Source: Patescibacteria group bacterium (lineage in GTDB: Bacteria; Patescibacteriota; UBA1384; XYA2-FULL-43-10; 1-14-0-10-43-13). Taken from it: a stretch of DNA of 64,000 nt. The stretch is taken from the NCBI GenBank assembly GCA_041649155.1, contig JBAZNP010000001.1, forward strand, positions 238,564-302,563. Direction: 5' to 3'. Both the position numbers and the translations under genes were made by a program. The first letter of the stretch is position 1, and each line of letters opens with the position of its first letter. This document shows positions 37,546-46,896 of this stretch, piece by piece. The notes beneath the pieces are model-generated. The model worked only from the letters and a program-made list of their open reading frames with translations, was not told the DNA's origin and searched no databases.

Positions 37546-37821
37546 TTACAAAATTCCAAGTATCTCTTCTTCTCTCATCACTTTATATTCGACGCCTTCA
37601 ATCTTTAACTCTTCGCCTGAATATTTGCCAAATAGAACTTTGTCGCCTTTTTTAACTGAAAACTCGTATTTTTTACCCTCTTTTATACCACTGCCCAATG
37701 CGATAATTTCTCCTTCAGCTCTCTCTTCCTGAGCTGACGCTGGGATAATAATTCCGGATTTAGTTGTTTCTTCTTTTTGGACCGGCTGGACCAAGACTCT
37801 ATCTCCTAGTGGTTGAAACAT
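37546..37821 (-). CDS. groES: Co-chaperonin GroES
   Basis: True start is the internal ATG at 37821 (MFQPLGDRVLVQP...) with an AGGAAGG SD. The 22 upstream codons of the track ORF run into the palindromic repeat and are not coding. Confidence 0.9.
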   Translation of the reverse strand: MFQPLGDRVLVQPVQKEETTKSGIIIPASAQEERAEGEIIALGSGIKEGKKYEFSVKKGDKVLFGKYSGEELKIEGVEYKVMREEEILGIL

Positions 37822-37846
37822 AATGCCTTCCTTTCTACATACACAG

Positions 37847-37866
37847 ATCTCGTACACCTGCCTGCC
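37847..37866. repeat. 20-bp perfect palindrome CCTGCCTGCCGGCAGGCAGG in the groES 5' leader
   Basis: Identical to the cores inside the family A copies at 32503..32522 and 46512..46531. It is nested in a larger inverted repeat (cacagatc ... gatctgcacag) between the groES promoter and the start codon. Confidence 0.8.
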
Positions 37867-37925
37867 GGCAGGCAGGCTGATCTGCACAGATAATTTTATA
37901 TAATTTTTAAACTCAATTTTACTGA

Positions 37926-37955
37926 TATATAAGCGATTGTAAAGTATACTTTACT
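37926..37955 (-). promoter_or_regulatory. Sigma70-like promoter candidate for groES-groEL (TTGACA-N18-TACAAT on minus strand)
   Basis: The minus strand reads ttgacaaaaaagtaaagtatactttacaat about 100 nt upstream of the groES ATG. No CIRCE (TTAGCACTC-N9-GAGTGCTAA) is present. Confidence 0.4.
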
Positions 37956-38174
37956 TTTTTGTCAAGAGTCGATACTACATCGGCTCGCAGACCCCCGACA
38001 AAGCGACACCATGATGCATGGACGTAGACCATGAGAATGGAGAAGCGAAGTGGGGTCACTACCGATAACAAGGGATAAAACAAAAAAAAGAGGATTTCCC
38101 TCTCAACGCTCCCCCTAAATTTAATATGTTCCCGTGATCATCAGTAGTTATCAGTGTAATAGATCAGCGTAGTT

Positions 38175-38217
38175 AAAAAGGTGGCGGTAGTGCAAGGGGG
38201 GCACACTACCACCAACC
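38175..38217 (-). terminator. Rho-independent terminator of the nucleotidyltransferase gene
   Basis: GC-rich hairpin GGTTGGTGGTAGTGTGCCCCCCTTGCACTACCGCCACC followed by TTTTT on the minus strand. Confidence 0.65.
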
Positions 38218-38245
38218 TCAATATAGCGCAACTTAAGCTCAAAAG

Positions 38246-38938
38246 TCAAGATGATTTTGGTGGATGGAAACGAAGTTCTCGATCGTTGTAAACAATCAGA
38301 TCTGGGTATTTTTTAGTCCTCGGATCGCTTTCTATTTTTTTGATCTGATATGATTTTAATAGTTTTTCAAGCCGATTACTAATAATTGATGTCATTTCGA
38401 ACAGAGTGAGAAATCTCCTGTTCTGCTTGCGATAGGATCTCTCGCTTTGCTTAACCCACCTCGCCGGTGGACTCGCAAAGTGTCGAGATGACAATTTTTG
38501 TTTACAATTATATTTTTCAAACAGTTCTTCGTTGGCTCTTAAAAACTCCTCGAATAATCCCCCGTCTCCTGCAATAAACTTGCTGGCACTATAATTCTCC
38601 GCACAGTATTTATCAATTTTTTCTCCCCGACCAGTTGGAATTTTTAGATAACTCTCCGTTAAGAAATAATTGAAACAAAATTTACCGGCATGGCCTTTTG
38701 ACTCATCCTTTGATCTTTTTATGCCAAATAATAATGCGAAAATATTTATAAAAAATCTAGCCGTAAAAATACGACCGTCTTTGGCAATAATCAAGATATC
38801 AATATCAGAGCTCTTCTTGGATTTGCCTTGTGCCAACGAACCATTTAATATCACGCAACGCACAAAAGGCAGTCGGGCGATTGTTCGGCCAATAATTTTT
38901 GCTTGGGATAATCTTTTGTTCAGTAATTCTTTCTTCAT
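38246..38938 (-). CDS. Nucleotidyltransferase-domain protein (Pol-beta-like minimal NTase)
   Basis: N-terminal GS...DxD signature (ILNGSLAQGKSKKSSDIDILIIAK). Confidence 0.55.
   Translation of the reverse strand: MKKELLNKRLSQAKIIGRTIARLPFVRCVILNGSLAQGKSKKSSDIDILIIAKDGRIFTARFFINIFALLFGIKRSKDESKGHAGKFCFNYFLTESYLKIPTGRGEKIDKYCAENYSASKFIAGDGGLFEEFLRANEELFEKYNCKQKLSSRHFASPPARWVKQSERSYRKQNRRFLTLFEMTSIISNRLEKLLKSYQIKKIESDPRTKKYPDLIVYNDRELRFHPPKSS
38390..38494. repeat. Family A-type element (TGTCATTTCGA ... TCGAGATGACAA) inside the nucleotidyltransferase CDS, frame kept
   Basis: 105 bp (35 codons) bounded by the family A TIRs. It encodes ...SPPARWVKQSERSYRKQNRRFLTLFEM... within the C-terminal part of the protein. 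Confidence 0.7.
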
Positions 38939-39181
38939 CGCCTCAAATTTCTAAGCTCTAATTTTTAATTTCAAATAATTTAGACTTTTATTCGTTATTT
39001 GTAATTTGGATTTTGTCATTTGATAAGTTGTCCCCAACTTTTTTAATTGTAACAGAAAATATGGGTGTGCTATCATATAGTTAAAATAAAATATCGTTAA
39101 AAAAAACTCCAACTGAATAAAAAACCTAGGAGTTTTTTAAATTGTTCTAATTATAATCATAAGTTCTATTTCGGAGGAAAA

Positions 39182-40885
39182 ATGAGTTCAAAATACATCT
39201 TTGTTGTTGGCGGTGTAATGTCTTCTGTCGGTAAAGGAATCGCTTCTGCATCAATTGGAACGATCTTAAAAAGTAAGGGCTATAAAGTTACAGCAATTAA
39301 AGCCGATCCTTATATAAATGTTGATGCCGGCACCATGAACCCGACTGAACACGGAGAAGTTTTTGTAACAAAAGACGGCGATGAATGCGATCAGGACATG
39401 GGAAATTATGAAAGATTTCTAGACGAAAGCCTGACCAAGATAAATTACATGACAACCGGCCGAATCTACCAGTCTGTTATTAACAAAGAAAGAAATCTTG
39501 ATTATAAAGGCAAATGCGTTGAAGTTGTGCCTCACATTCCGGAAGAAATAATTAATCGGATTAAAACAGCGAGCAAGAATGCCAAAGCTGATATCACTAT
39601 TATTGAAATTGGCGGGACAATCGGTGAATATCAAAATCTCCTTTTCCTTGAGGCAGCCAGAATGATGAAACAGGAAAATCCTGAAGATGTAATATTCATT
39701 CTAGTTTCATATCTACCAATCCCCTCAAAAGTCGGGGAGATGAAAACAAAACCAACCCAAATGGCTTCACGCGAATTAAATTCTTGCGGAATTCAGACAG
39801 ATTTTATCTTCTGTCGTTCCGAGCGCCCGATTGACCAAAAACGAAGAGAAAAGCTGGCAACATTCTGCGGAATTAAACCGGAAAATGCCATTTCTGCTCC
39901 AGACGAAGATTCAATCTACGACATCCCTGTAAATTTTGAGAATGAAAATCTGGGCGAAAAGATACTAAAACAATTAAGGTTAGAACCCAAACAAACCGAT
40001 CTGGTTGGCTGGCGCAAAATGGTGAAAGAGGCTAAAGAAGCAAAAGGAAGCGTAAAAATAGGTATTGTCGGTAAATATTTTGACACAGGCGATTTTGTTC
40101 TCGCTGATTCATATATTTCAGTTATTGAAGCCGTAAAACATGCTAGTTGGAAAGAAGGTTTGAAACCAGAACTAGTTTGGCTTTCTTCTGACAAATATGA
40201 TGCCGCATCCGCTAAAAGCGGAGCAGGCACCCCTGCTTCCGTAGGAATGCGGGGGAAAAGTAAGAAAAATTTAGAAGAATTAAAACAGTATGACGGTATC
40301 ATAATTCCAGGGGGATTTGGTTCTCGTGGAATTGAAGGGAAAATCGCTGTCGCAGGTTTTTGTCGAGAAAACATGATCCCGTATTTCGGTCTATGTTACG
40401 GCATGCAAATTGCCACTATTGATTTTGCCAGAAATGTCTGCGGTTTAAAAAAAGCCAATTCTCAAGAACTTGACCCCAAAACTCCTCATCCTGTTATTCA
40501 TATAATGTCCGATCAGAAGAAGAAATTGGAAGAAAAAGATTTTGGTGGATCAATGAGATTGGGATCTTATGATTGTAAGCTAGTTAAAAACACCCTGTCA
40601 TATAGGGCTTATTCCAATTTAAAAAAATCTATATCAGGAGAGCCGCCTTTAATTTCTGAGCGCCATCGACATCGTTATGAATTTAACAATGAGTATAAAG
40701 ACCTAATTACTAAAAAAGGCCTGAAAATAGCAGGTCTTAATCCGGAGAGAAAATTGGTTGAAATAATTGAAATCCCAAATCACCCGTTCTTTGTCGGAGT
40801 ACAATTCCATCCGGAATTCCAGTCACGACCAGGACGACCACATCCACTGTTTTTAGAGTTCATTAGAGCAGCCAGAAAGAAATAA
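39182..40885 (+). CDS. pyrG: CTP synthase
   Basis: N-terminal synthetase domain (VVGGVMSSVGKGIASAS), C-terminal glutamine amidotransferase with GLCYGMQ and HPEF. Confidence 0.95.
   Translation: MSSKYIFVVGGVMSSVGKGIASASIGTILKSKGYKVTAIKADPYINVDAGTMNPTEHGEVFVTKDGDECDQDMGNYERFLDESLTKINYMTTGRIYQSVINKERNLDYKGKCVEVVPHIPEEIINRIKTASKNAKADITIIEIGGTIGEYQNLLFLEAARMMKQENPEDVIFILVSYLPIPSKVGEMKTKPTQMASRELNSCGIQTDFIFCRSERPIDQKRREKLATFCGIKPENAISAPDEDSIYDIPVNFENENLGEKILKQLRLEPKQTDLVGWRKMVKEAKEAKGSVKIGIVGKYFDTGDFVLADSYISVIEAVKHASWKEGLKPELVWLSSDKYDAASAKSGAGTPASVGMRGKSKKNLEELKQYDGIIIPGGFGSRGIEGKIAVAGFCRENMIPYFGLCYGMQIATIDFARNVCGLKKANSQELDPKTPHPVIHIMSDQKKKLEEKDFGGSMRLGSYDCKLVKNTLSYRAYSNLKKSISGEPPLISERHRHRYEFNNEYKDLITKKGLKIAGLNPERKLVEIIEIPNHPFFVGVQFHPEFQSRPGRPHPLFLEFIRAARKK
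40199..40255. repeat. Family E palindromic element inside the pyrG coding sequence
   Basis: gatgccgcatccgctaaaagcggagcaggcacccctgcttccgtaggaatgcggggg adds about 20 residues (AASAKSGAGTPASVGMRGKS) in the linker before the GATase domain, compared with E. coli PyrG. It is homologous to 33250..33311. Confidence 0.8.
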
Positions 40886-40917
40886 AAAAATACTTCTTAG
40901 AATAAGTAAAGTAACAG

Positions 40918-43536
40918 TTAAGCCTCTGACTTTTCAAGCTTGGCTGTTTTTTTATCGAAATAATATCTTGTGACCTCAGCAAAGAGAAAAGCTAAAATTG
41001 TAGCAAATACTAACACAATAATTTCTTTTATATTTAGCGAGACGATACTAAATGCATTTGCCAATGGCTTAATAAAGATGACCAACTGCAACACAGCAGG
41101 AATAATTAAGGCGACAATCAAGAAACGATTGGTAAAAAATCCTCTTAAATTCTGCCAGATCCTCTCCGGAGATCTTATAGAAAAACAGAAAGCCAACTCA
41201 GAATAAACAGAGAATGTGAAAACAATAGTTCGAGCCTTCTCTACCGAGAACTGAAGCTCCCACATATAAAGAATAAGTCCTATTATAAATAATAATAAAG
41301 CGAGGTAAAGAGAATAAAGTATCGGTCTGGCCATAGAATTTGTTTTTATAGATCTAGGCCTTTCTTTTAAAACAGTTGGGGAAGGTTTTTCAAAAGCCAA
41401 AGCAATCGCCGGCAAAGAGTCCGTGATCATATTGATCCAAAGTATTTGTATTGTCAGAAGCGGAATAGGTAAATCAAAAAGGAAAGCAAAACCGATCAGG
41501 AAAAGCTCGTCTATGTTGCCGGAAAGAAGAAATATTATCGCGTTTCTAATGTTATCGTAGATTGCACGCCCATATTCTACGGCCGAAATGATTGTACCAA
41601 ACTTATCATCAGAAAGAATTATATCTGCTGAATCCTTTGCTACATCCGTACCCTTTATTCCCATAGCGATACCGACATGAGCTTCTTTTAAGGCGGGAGC
41701 ATCATTTATGCCATCCCCCGTCACAGCAACAGAATAACCTATTTTTTGTAGTAGTTTAACTATATTGATTTTATCCTCAGGAGTAATTCGAGCAAAAACT
41801 TTTACTTTTTGAAGATGTTTCTTTAAAGATGCTTCGGATAAAGTTTCTAGTTCTTTCCCTGTCATTATTTCCTCATCAGAGACAGAAAGGCCGATTTTCT
41901 CTGCAATAAATCGGGCAGTTTCAGGATGATCACCCGTAATCATGATCGGGCGAATTCCAGCACTAATTGCCTCTTTTATAGCTTCCGAGATGCCCTCGGC
42001 AGGTTCATCCACCAAAGCAAACAAACCAACAAAGTCCATTCCGTTCAAAGTGTTTGAACCGTTATTGTTAATTTGTTTACATGACAAAGCTATCACCTTG
42101 AGACCCTCTTTACTCATTTCCGAAGCTTTGCTCAGAATAGTTCTCTTTGCTTTTGCAGGAATGTTACAAAAAGAAATAATTTTCTCAGCCGATCCTTTAG
42201 CAATTATTTCTTTTTTGCCGTTTTGGTTCACTGTAACAGACATAAACTTGTGCTCAGAATCAAAGGGTATTTCTAATTCACGTTTATATAATTTGCTTTT
42301 TGCGATTAGACCTTTTCTAAAATTTTTAGCGGCAGATACGATCGCAACTTCAAGTGGATCACCTAGAATGTCTCCATTTTCATCTTTAAGGCTCACATTT
42401 GAACAAACTACTCCTTTAATAAATAATTCCAAGGTTTCCTTGTTTGGATTGGTTTCGTTCATATCCAGCTCAAGTAATTCAGAGCTATTTTTCATAACTA
42501 CTGCCCTATCCACCACTAACTCGTTATTTGTTAGGGTACCGGTTTTATCTGTCGCTATAATATTCACCGTACCAAGCGTTTCCACAACGGCCAGCTTCCT
42601 GACAATAGCTTTTCTCTTCGCCATTCTGGAAACACCGATTGCCATAGATAAAGTTATTACAGTCGGCAAACTTTCCGGCACAGCAGCCACCAAGAGAGCT
42701 ATTGTTAAAGTTAAGAGAGACCAGACTTCAAATCCCCTCATATATCCAAGAGCAAATATTATAGCAGCAATAATTATTGAAATAATACTAAGAACTTTTC
42801 CTAGGTACAAAATCTGTTTTTCTAAAGGAGTTTTCTCAAGAGTTGCTCCTTGTACTAAATCGGCCACTTTACCGAATTCTGTTTTTTGCCCAATTCCCAC
42901 AACAACACCCTTTGCGCGTCCCTGTACTACTACTGTTGATCCAAAAAGCATATTCGTTCGATCAGCCAAAGCTGTATTTAACTCTAAAACTCCAGCGAAT
43001 TTACCCACAGGAAGAGATTCACCAGTCAAAGCTGATTCATTAACACTTAATGACTCACTTTCAACTACTCTAAGGTCAGCAGGCACTCTGTCACCAGTAT
43101 CGAGAACTACCATGTCGCCTACAACCAGCTCCTCACTTGGAATAGTTCTGATTTTTCCGTCTCTCAAAACCTTGCTTTCAGACTTAAAGGTTTCTTTTAG
43201 AGCTTCCAATGCTTTTTGTGCTTTAAATTCCTGAAAAAATCCCAAAAAAACATTTAATAAAATTATAGAAATTAAGATTGCAGCCTGAAATAGTCCATCA
43301 ACAAAATATGAAATGATTGCAGCAACAAAAAGCAATAAGATAAAGATGTTGTAAAACTGCCTTAAAAAAATAGTAAAGACACTAATATCTTTCAAATTTT
43401 CCAGAGAATTGTTACCATCTTCCAGCAACCTAAAACGAGCCCTTTTCTGCGTTAGTCCATCTTTAAAATCAACGTCGAAATGACGCTTAAGATCATCGTT
43501 AGTCCATTGATGATAAAAAAATGCCCGCTCCTCCAT
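40918..43536 (-). CDS. P-type cation-transporting ATPase (Ca2+/Mg2+-type, P2-like)
   Basis: Phosphorylation motif DKTGTLT, hinge VTGDGINDAPAL, TGES actuator motif, 10 TM segments. Confidence 0.9.
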   Translation of the reverse strand: MEERAFFYHQWTNDDLKRHFDVDFKDGLTQKRARFRLLEDGNNSLENLKDISVFTIFLRQFYNIFILLLFVAAIISYFVDGLFQAAILISIILLNVFLGFFQEFKAQKALEALKETFKSESKVLRDGKIRTIPSEELVVGDMVVLDTGDRVPADLRVVESESLSVNESALTGESLPVGKFAGVLELNTALADRTNMLFGSTVVVQGRAKGVVVGIGQKTEFGKVADLVQGATLEKTPLEKQILYLGKVLSIISIIIAAIIFALGYMRGFEVWSLLTLTIALLVAAVPESLPTVITLSMAIGVSRMAKRKAIVRKLAVVETLGTVNIIATDKTGTLTNNELVVDRAVVMKNSSELLELDMNETNPNKETLELFIKGVVCSNVSLKDENGDILGDPLEVAIVSAAKNFRKGLIAKSKLYKRELEIPFDSEHKFMSVTVNQNGKKEIIAKGSAEKIISFCNIPAKAKRTILSKASEMSKEGLKVIALSCKQINNNGSNTLNGMDFVGLFALVDEPAEGISEAIKEAISAGIRPIMITGDHPETARFIAEKIGLSVSDEEIMTGKELETLSEASLKKHLQKVKVFARITPEDKINIVKLLQKIGYSVAVTGDGINDAPALKEAHVGIAMGIKGTDVAKDSADIILSDDKFGTIISAVEYGRAIYDNIRNAIIFLLSGNIDELFLIGFAFLFDLPIPLLTIQILWINMITDSLPAIALAFEKPSPTVLKERPRSIKTNSMARPILYSLYLALLLFIIGLILYMWELQFSVEKARTIVFTFSVYSELAFCFSIRSPERIWQNLRGFFTNRFLIVALIIPAVLQLVIFIKPLANAFSIVSLNIKEIIVLVFATILAFLFAEVTRYYFDKKTAKLEKSEA

Positions 43537-43574
43537 ATTTTATAGTATAGCAGATAACAGTAGACAGTGCACAG

Positions 43575-43716
43575 AATAATAAGAAAACAAGAGACAAGAA
43601 ACAATGACCAAACAATATTCAATAAACAATTACCAATACCTCAAATATTTGAATGCTTTCTAAGTTGGATATTTGGAATTTGTTTGTATCTTGTAACTTG
43701 TATCTTGTTTCTTCAA
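43575..43716. repeat. Family D palindromic element, second copy
   Basis: aagaaaacaagagacaagaaacaatgaccaaacaatattcaataaacaa ... ttgtatcttgtaacttgtatcttgtttcttc with inverted arms; homologous to 34036..34150. Confidence 0.7.
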
Positions 43717-45600
43717 TTAAGTCGCTGGCACTACTGGCACTACTGGCGCAGGAGTAGCTTCTGGCGTTGGCGCTGGTGCTGGCGCTGGCGCTGGCGCGGC
43801 TTTACCCACTAACCACTTTTCCTGCCACGGTACATATTTAGATACAAAATCTTTTTCTTGGAGAATATCGCTTCCGCGAGTTACCTTATAATGAAATGTT
43901 GCTGTCGCTCCTGGATGAGCACTGTCAATCTTCTTTTTCTCACCTGGCGCCAAAGTATCAGTTTCTGTATAAAGAGGTGGATCAGGTTGAGTAACGTTCG
44001 TTACTACTGGTTCAGATACCTCGGAAGTTCTTCCATCTTTAGTGCCATAGATATCAAAGGTAATTTTCGTTCCGACAACTTTTGATTGAATTAAAACATA
44101 TTTTCCGTAATTATTAACAAATTTAAAATCAGGCGCAGGATCATAGATGGTTGCATCCATACCAACTGGAGGTTCGTAATAACTTACCCTATATTTATGG
44201 TTTTGTCTCTCGGTTATTTTCATGCCTGCATTGAGGGCAGCTCTGAATAAAGTCGATGAAACCTGACACAGTCCACCGCCAAACTCGGGAATGGTTTTAT
44301 TTTCCTTAATCACCAGCTCTTCCAAGTATCCGCTTGAAGCATCAATAGTTCCAAGTTGCTTGAGAGTTGAAAAAGTCTCATCAGGTTTTAGAAGAACACC
44401 GTTAATTGCCGCTGCGCCAATCTGAATATTATGAACCCTATTCGAGGACGAACCAACAAAGTTAGTTGTTGCTGTTCCCACCAGCTCAACAATTCCCAAA
44501 TCACTGATTTTCTGTTCCGAAACTTCCGGTTCTTTTAATGCCACCTTTAAAGTTATTGCTGCAAAATCAGGATTGACTTCTTTTGAATCCATACGTAATT
44601 TTATATTATTTTCAATATCAATTTTTGTCTGTGCTCTGTCCAGTGTTCTACCGGTTATCGATGTCTCAACAACCGTTGCCATACCATCAGATATGGTTAA
44701 TTTCGCATTTTTAGCTTCAACATCAATACTCTTTCCAATGGAGTCGATAAAAGATTTTATACGATCGTCATTTAGTACAATTTCTAAGTCATCACCGTTT
44801 GATTTTGATTTCACAAAGCCACCGATCGTATCATCATCAGCTTTAAATTCCTGATTATCATATTTCAAAATCAAATCGCCTTGTTCGATAATTTTATTAG
44901 CCTTGGCAAGAGCTGCCATAGCTTTATCTTTATCAACCTGAGGTTTAAAATTTTCAGTTTTAAATGATGTTTTCGCAATTTTAAAATCACCAATCTGAGA
45001 TTCAATATCATTAATTATTTCCGCCTGATCAATTCTGTGACCCTCTTTTCGATCTTCTGATAATTTAAATTTACCGTCGCCGTAAACCAATAAATAGTCT
45101 TTTTCTGGATCATCAAGCTCGATAGCAATATTTTTAACTTTTAACGTCAGTCCCTCTAAATTTAGAGAGTAAATAGCCTCATGATCAGTACCAGCAAACA
45201 CTGATTTTAATTGCTCAAGAAAAGATTTAAAAGTCCCCTTGCTTCTTCCTTGTCCCCAAACTTCATCAACTGTAGCTTTAACGTCATATTGAAGTCCTAT
45301 TTCAGAAGGATCAATGACATAAATTTTCTCATCAGAGTTATCATTCTGATATTTTAATTCAATCTTAGCGCCCCCAACTTCTTTTGACTTATCCTCTATT
45401 ATTCTTTGAATTTCTTCTTTGGTTTTGCCACTAAAATTTATTTCACCTATATATTGATGAGCATAAACTTTTTTTGAGAAAGCCAAAGAATATATTCCAA
45501 AAGCAATAAGAAAAACGATAACCAACCCAGAAAAACCAAGCAGGCATATCTTGGCGTATTTTTTAGCTTTTGGGCTTTTAAATATTTTTACTTTTTTCAT
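43717..45600 (-). CDS. VanW-family protein with N-terminal membrane anchor and C-terminal Pro/Ala-rich tail
   Basis: VanW-domain motif GGGLCQVSSTLFRAALNAG. The tail (A/P)n is encoded by the GC-rich microsatellite at 43717..43800. Confidence 0.7.
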   Translation of the reverse strand: MKKVKIFKSPKAKKYAKICLLGFSGLVIVFLIAFGIYSLAFSKKVYAHQYIGEINFSGKTKEEIQRIIEDKSKEVGGAKIELKYQNDNSDEKIYVIDPSEIGLQYDVKATVDEVWGQGRSKGTFKSFLEQLKSVFAGTDHEAIYSLNLEGLTLKVKNIAIELDDPEKDYLLVYGDGKFKLSEDRKEGHRIDQAEIINDIESQIGDFKIAKTSFKTENFKPQVDKDKAMAALAKANKIIEQGDLILKYDNQEFKADDDTIGGFVKSKSNGDDLEIVLNDDRIKSFIDSIGKSIDVEAKNAKLTISDGMATVVETSITGRTLDRAQTKIDIENNIKLRMDSKEVNPDFAAITLKVALKEPEVSEQKISDLGIVELVGTATTNFVGSSSNRVHNIQIGAAAINGVLLKPDETFSTLKQLGTIDASSGYLEELVIKENKTIPEFGGGLCQVSSTLFRAALNAGMKITERQNHKYRVSYYEPPVGMDATIYDPAPDFKFVNNYGKYVLIQSKVVGTKITFDIYGTKDGRTSEVSEPVVTNVTQPDPPLYTETDTLAPGEKKKIDSAHPGATATFHYKVTRGSDILQEKDFVSKYVPWQEKWLVGKAAPAPAPAPAPTPEATPAPVVPVVPAT

Positions 45601-45672
45601 TCGTAACTCTTAGATACATTCCAACACCAACAGTATACTAGTTAAATCCCAAATCAACAACTATTGTAGAAA

Positions 45673-45694
45673 GCGTCCCGATTAATCGGGACGC
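45673..45694 (-). terminator. Hairpin terminator downstream of the PEP-CTERM gene
   Basis: Perfect stem GCGTCCCGAT-ta-ATCGGGACGC with a T-rich minus-strand downstream flank. Confidence 0.45.
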
Positions 45695-45708
45695 CCTGTT
45701 ATGAGCCG

Positions 45709-46290
45709 CTAAGCGGCTCGTCTGTGGAGGAGGAGTCCCCCCAGACCGCTCAGGCCGAGTCCTATGGCAAGTAAAGAACTCGGTTCCGGAACGACTGATG
45801 AATTAAAGTCAACTGTGAAGTCGAAATTACCGCCCATATAGAGGTTTGTTGAATCCCACTCTAGCGGGAGATAGAAACTATTGCTAAAACCGTTCTGAAA
45901 AAAAGTGATCTTTGGTTCAACCATTGGAGGATCCCATGGTCCGCCAGTACTACAATCGATGTAACCGAACAACACATCATAATCGCAAGGATTATCGCAC
46001 AGGATTGAGCCATAAAAGACCCAGTTTCCGGTAAAATCCCGAATATCACAGGCTAGACCATTTCCCAACACAATGTGAACATTGGAATCAGCGTTATAGT
46101 TATTGTTCCACTCAGCGGTTCTGGGTTCCCATGAAAAGCCCATGGTGACAGACTCCCACTGATCAGATCCTTCTTCACTAACCCAGATACCCAAGCCAAA
46201 GTCGGTCTCGCTAGCCAACGCCATCGTTTCAATGACGCCCGCAAGCGTTATGGCAAATAATATTACAGCTGCCATTGTAAACTTACGCAT
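45709..46290 (-). CDS. PEP-CTERM-anchored secreted protein
   Basis: The C-terminus VVPEPSSLLAIGLGLSGLGGLLLHRRAA is a textbook PEP-CTERM sorting signal (PEP, then a TM helix, then an Arg cluster). Likely start at 46290 (MRKFTMAAVILFAITLAGV, a signal peptide). GC is about 49%, against about 35% around it. Confidence 0.65.
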   Translation of the reverse strand: MRKFTMAAVILFAITLAGVIETMALASETDFGLGIWVSEEGSDQWESVTMGFSWEPRTAEWNNNYNADSNVHIVLGNGLACDIRDFTGNWVFYGSILCDNPCDYDVLFGYIDCSTGGPWDPPMVEPKITFFQNGFSNSFYLPLEWDSTNLYMGGNFDFTVDFNSSVVPEPSSLLAIGLGLSGLGGLLLHRRAA

Positions 46291-46449
46291 TACCCTATAT
46301 TCCCCCTCAAAACCAGCATTACGCCATATCGACGTTTGATTCAAAATAACAAAAATAATATTAAAAAATGATTAAGGAAAGATTAAATATTTATTAAGGC
46401 GTTCGTTTTTTTATCTGTAAATTAAAAGTAGTTACTTACCTACCCCTTG

Positions 46450-46568
46450 TGTCATCCCGACCAGAGTGGAGGGATCTTCTGATAGTAATCAGAATTTATT
46501 TTTAAGATTTCCCTGCCTGCCGGCAGGCAGGTCCGTCCTCAGACAAGGCTGAGGAGTCGAAATGACAA
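46450..46568. repeat. Family A palindromic element carrying the 20-bp palindrome CCTGCCTGCCGGCAGGCAGG
   Basis: TIRs TGTCATCCCGACC ... TCGAAATGACAA. Near-identical to the reverse complement of 32466..32584. Confidence 0.85.
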
Positions 46569-46590
46569 TTGCGAGTAAGCGGTTATATTT

Positions 46591-46618
46591 AAAAAAATCC
46601 CCTTTCAGGGATTTTTTT
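46591..46618. terminator. Bidirectional rho-independent terminator
   Basis: AAAAAAATCCCCTTTCAGGGATTTTTTT, with an A-run and a T-run flanking the hairpin. Confidence 0.6.
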
Positions 46619-46656
46619 AATTCAGTGTCAAATATCTAAGATCAAAGTTCTCAGTT

Positions 46657-46893
46657 CTAAATATGGAGTATTTCGTTTAAAATATCTTTTGCTTTTGACT
46701 CTTTTCTATTTCTTTCAGCAGAGTCAGTAGCAAATGTAACAACTACAACCTCACCCTCTTTGGTGTCCCTCGGCAATAAGCTTACTGGCACCACACATTT
46801 TTTTTCATCTGAAATTAAAACTGCGTTGTCACCTTCAAAGCGATCCAAAGTCATTTCCGTTGAAATAATATCTTTTTCTTGTTTCTTACTCAT
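46657..46893 (-). CDS. DUF3006-like small protein
   Basis: 78 aa. LDRFEGDNAVLISDEKKCVVPVSLLPRDTKEGEVVVV matches the DUF3006 pattern (IDRIEGD.AVL......I.VP...LP....EGDV). Confidence 0.5.
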   Translation of the reverse strand: MSKKQEKDIISTEMTLDRFEGDNAVLISDEKKCVVPVSLLPRDTKEGEVVVVTFATDSAERNRKESKAKDILNEILHI

Positions 46894-46896
46894 TAT

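Noticed and set aside
37888-38245. CIRCE / HrcA operator upstream of groES
   Set aside because: No TTAGCACTC-N9-GAGTGCTAA-like sequence is present. The only strong palindrome is the repeat-family 20-mer, which is reported separately.
41942-43234. 430-aa plus-strand ORF
   Set aside because: It is antisense to the P-type ATPase, which has all the diagnostic motifs (DKTGTLT, GDGINDAPAL). The antisense product is low-complexity Ser/Ala/Leu-rich with no motif.
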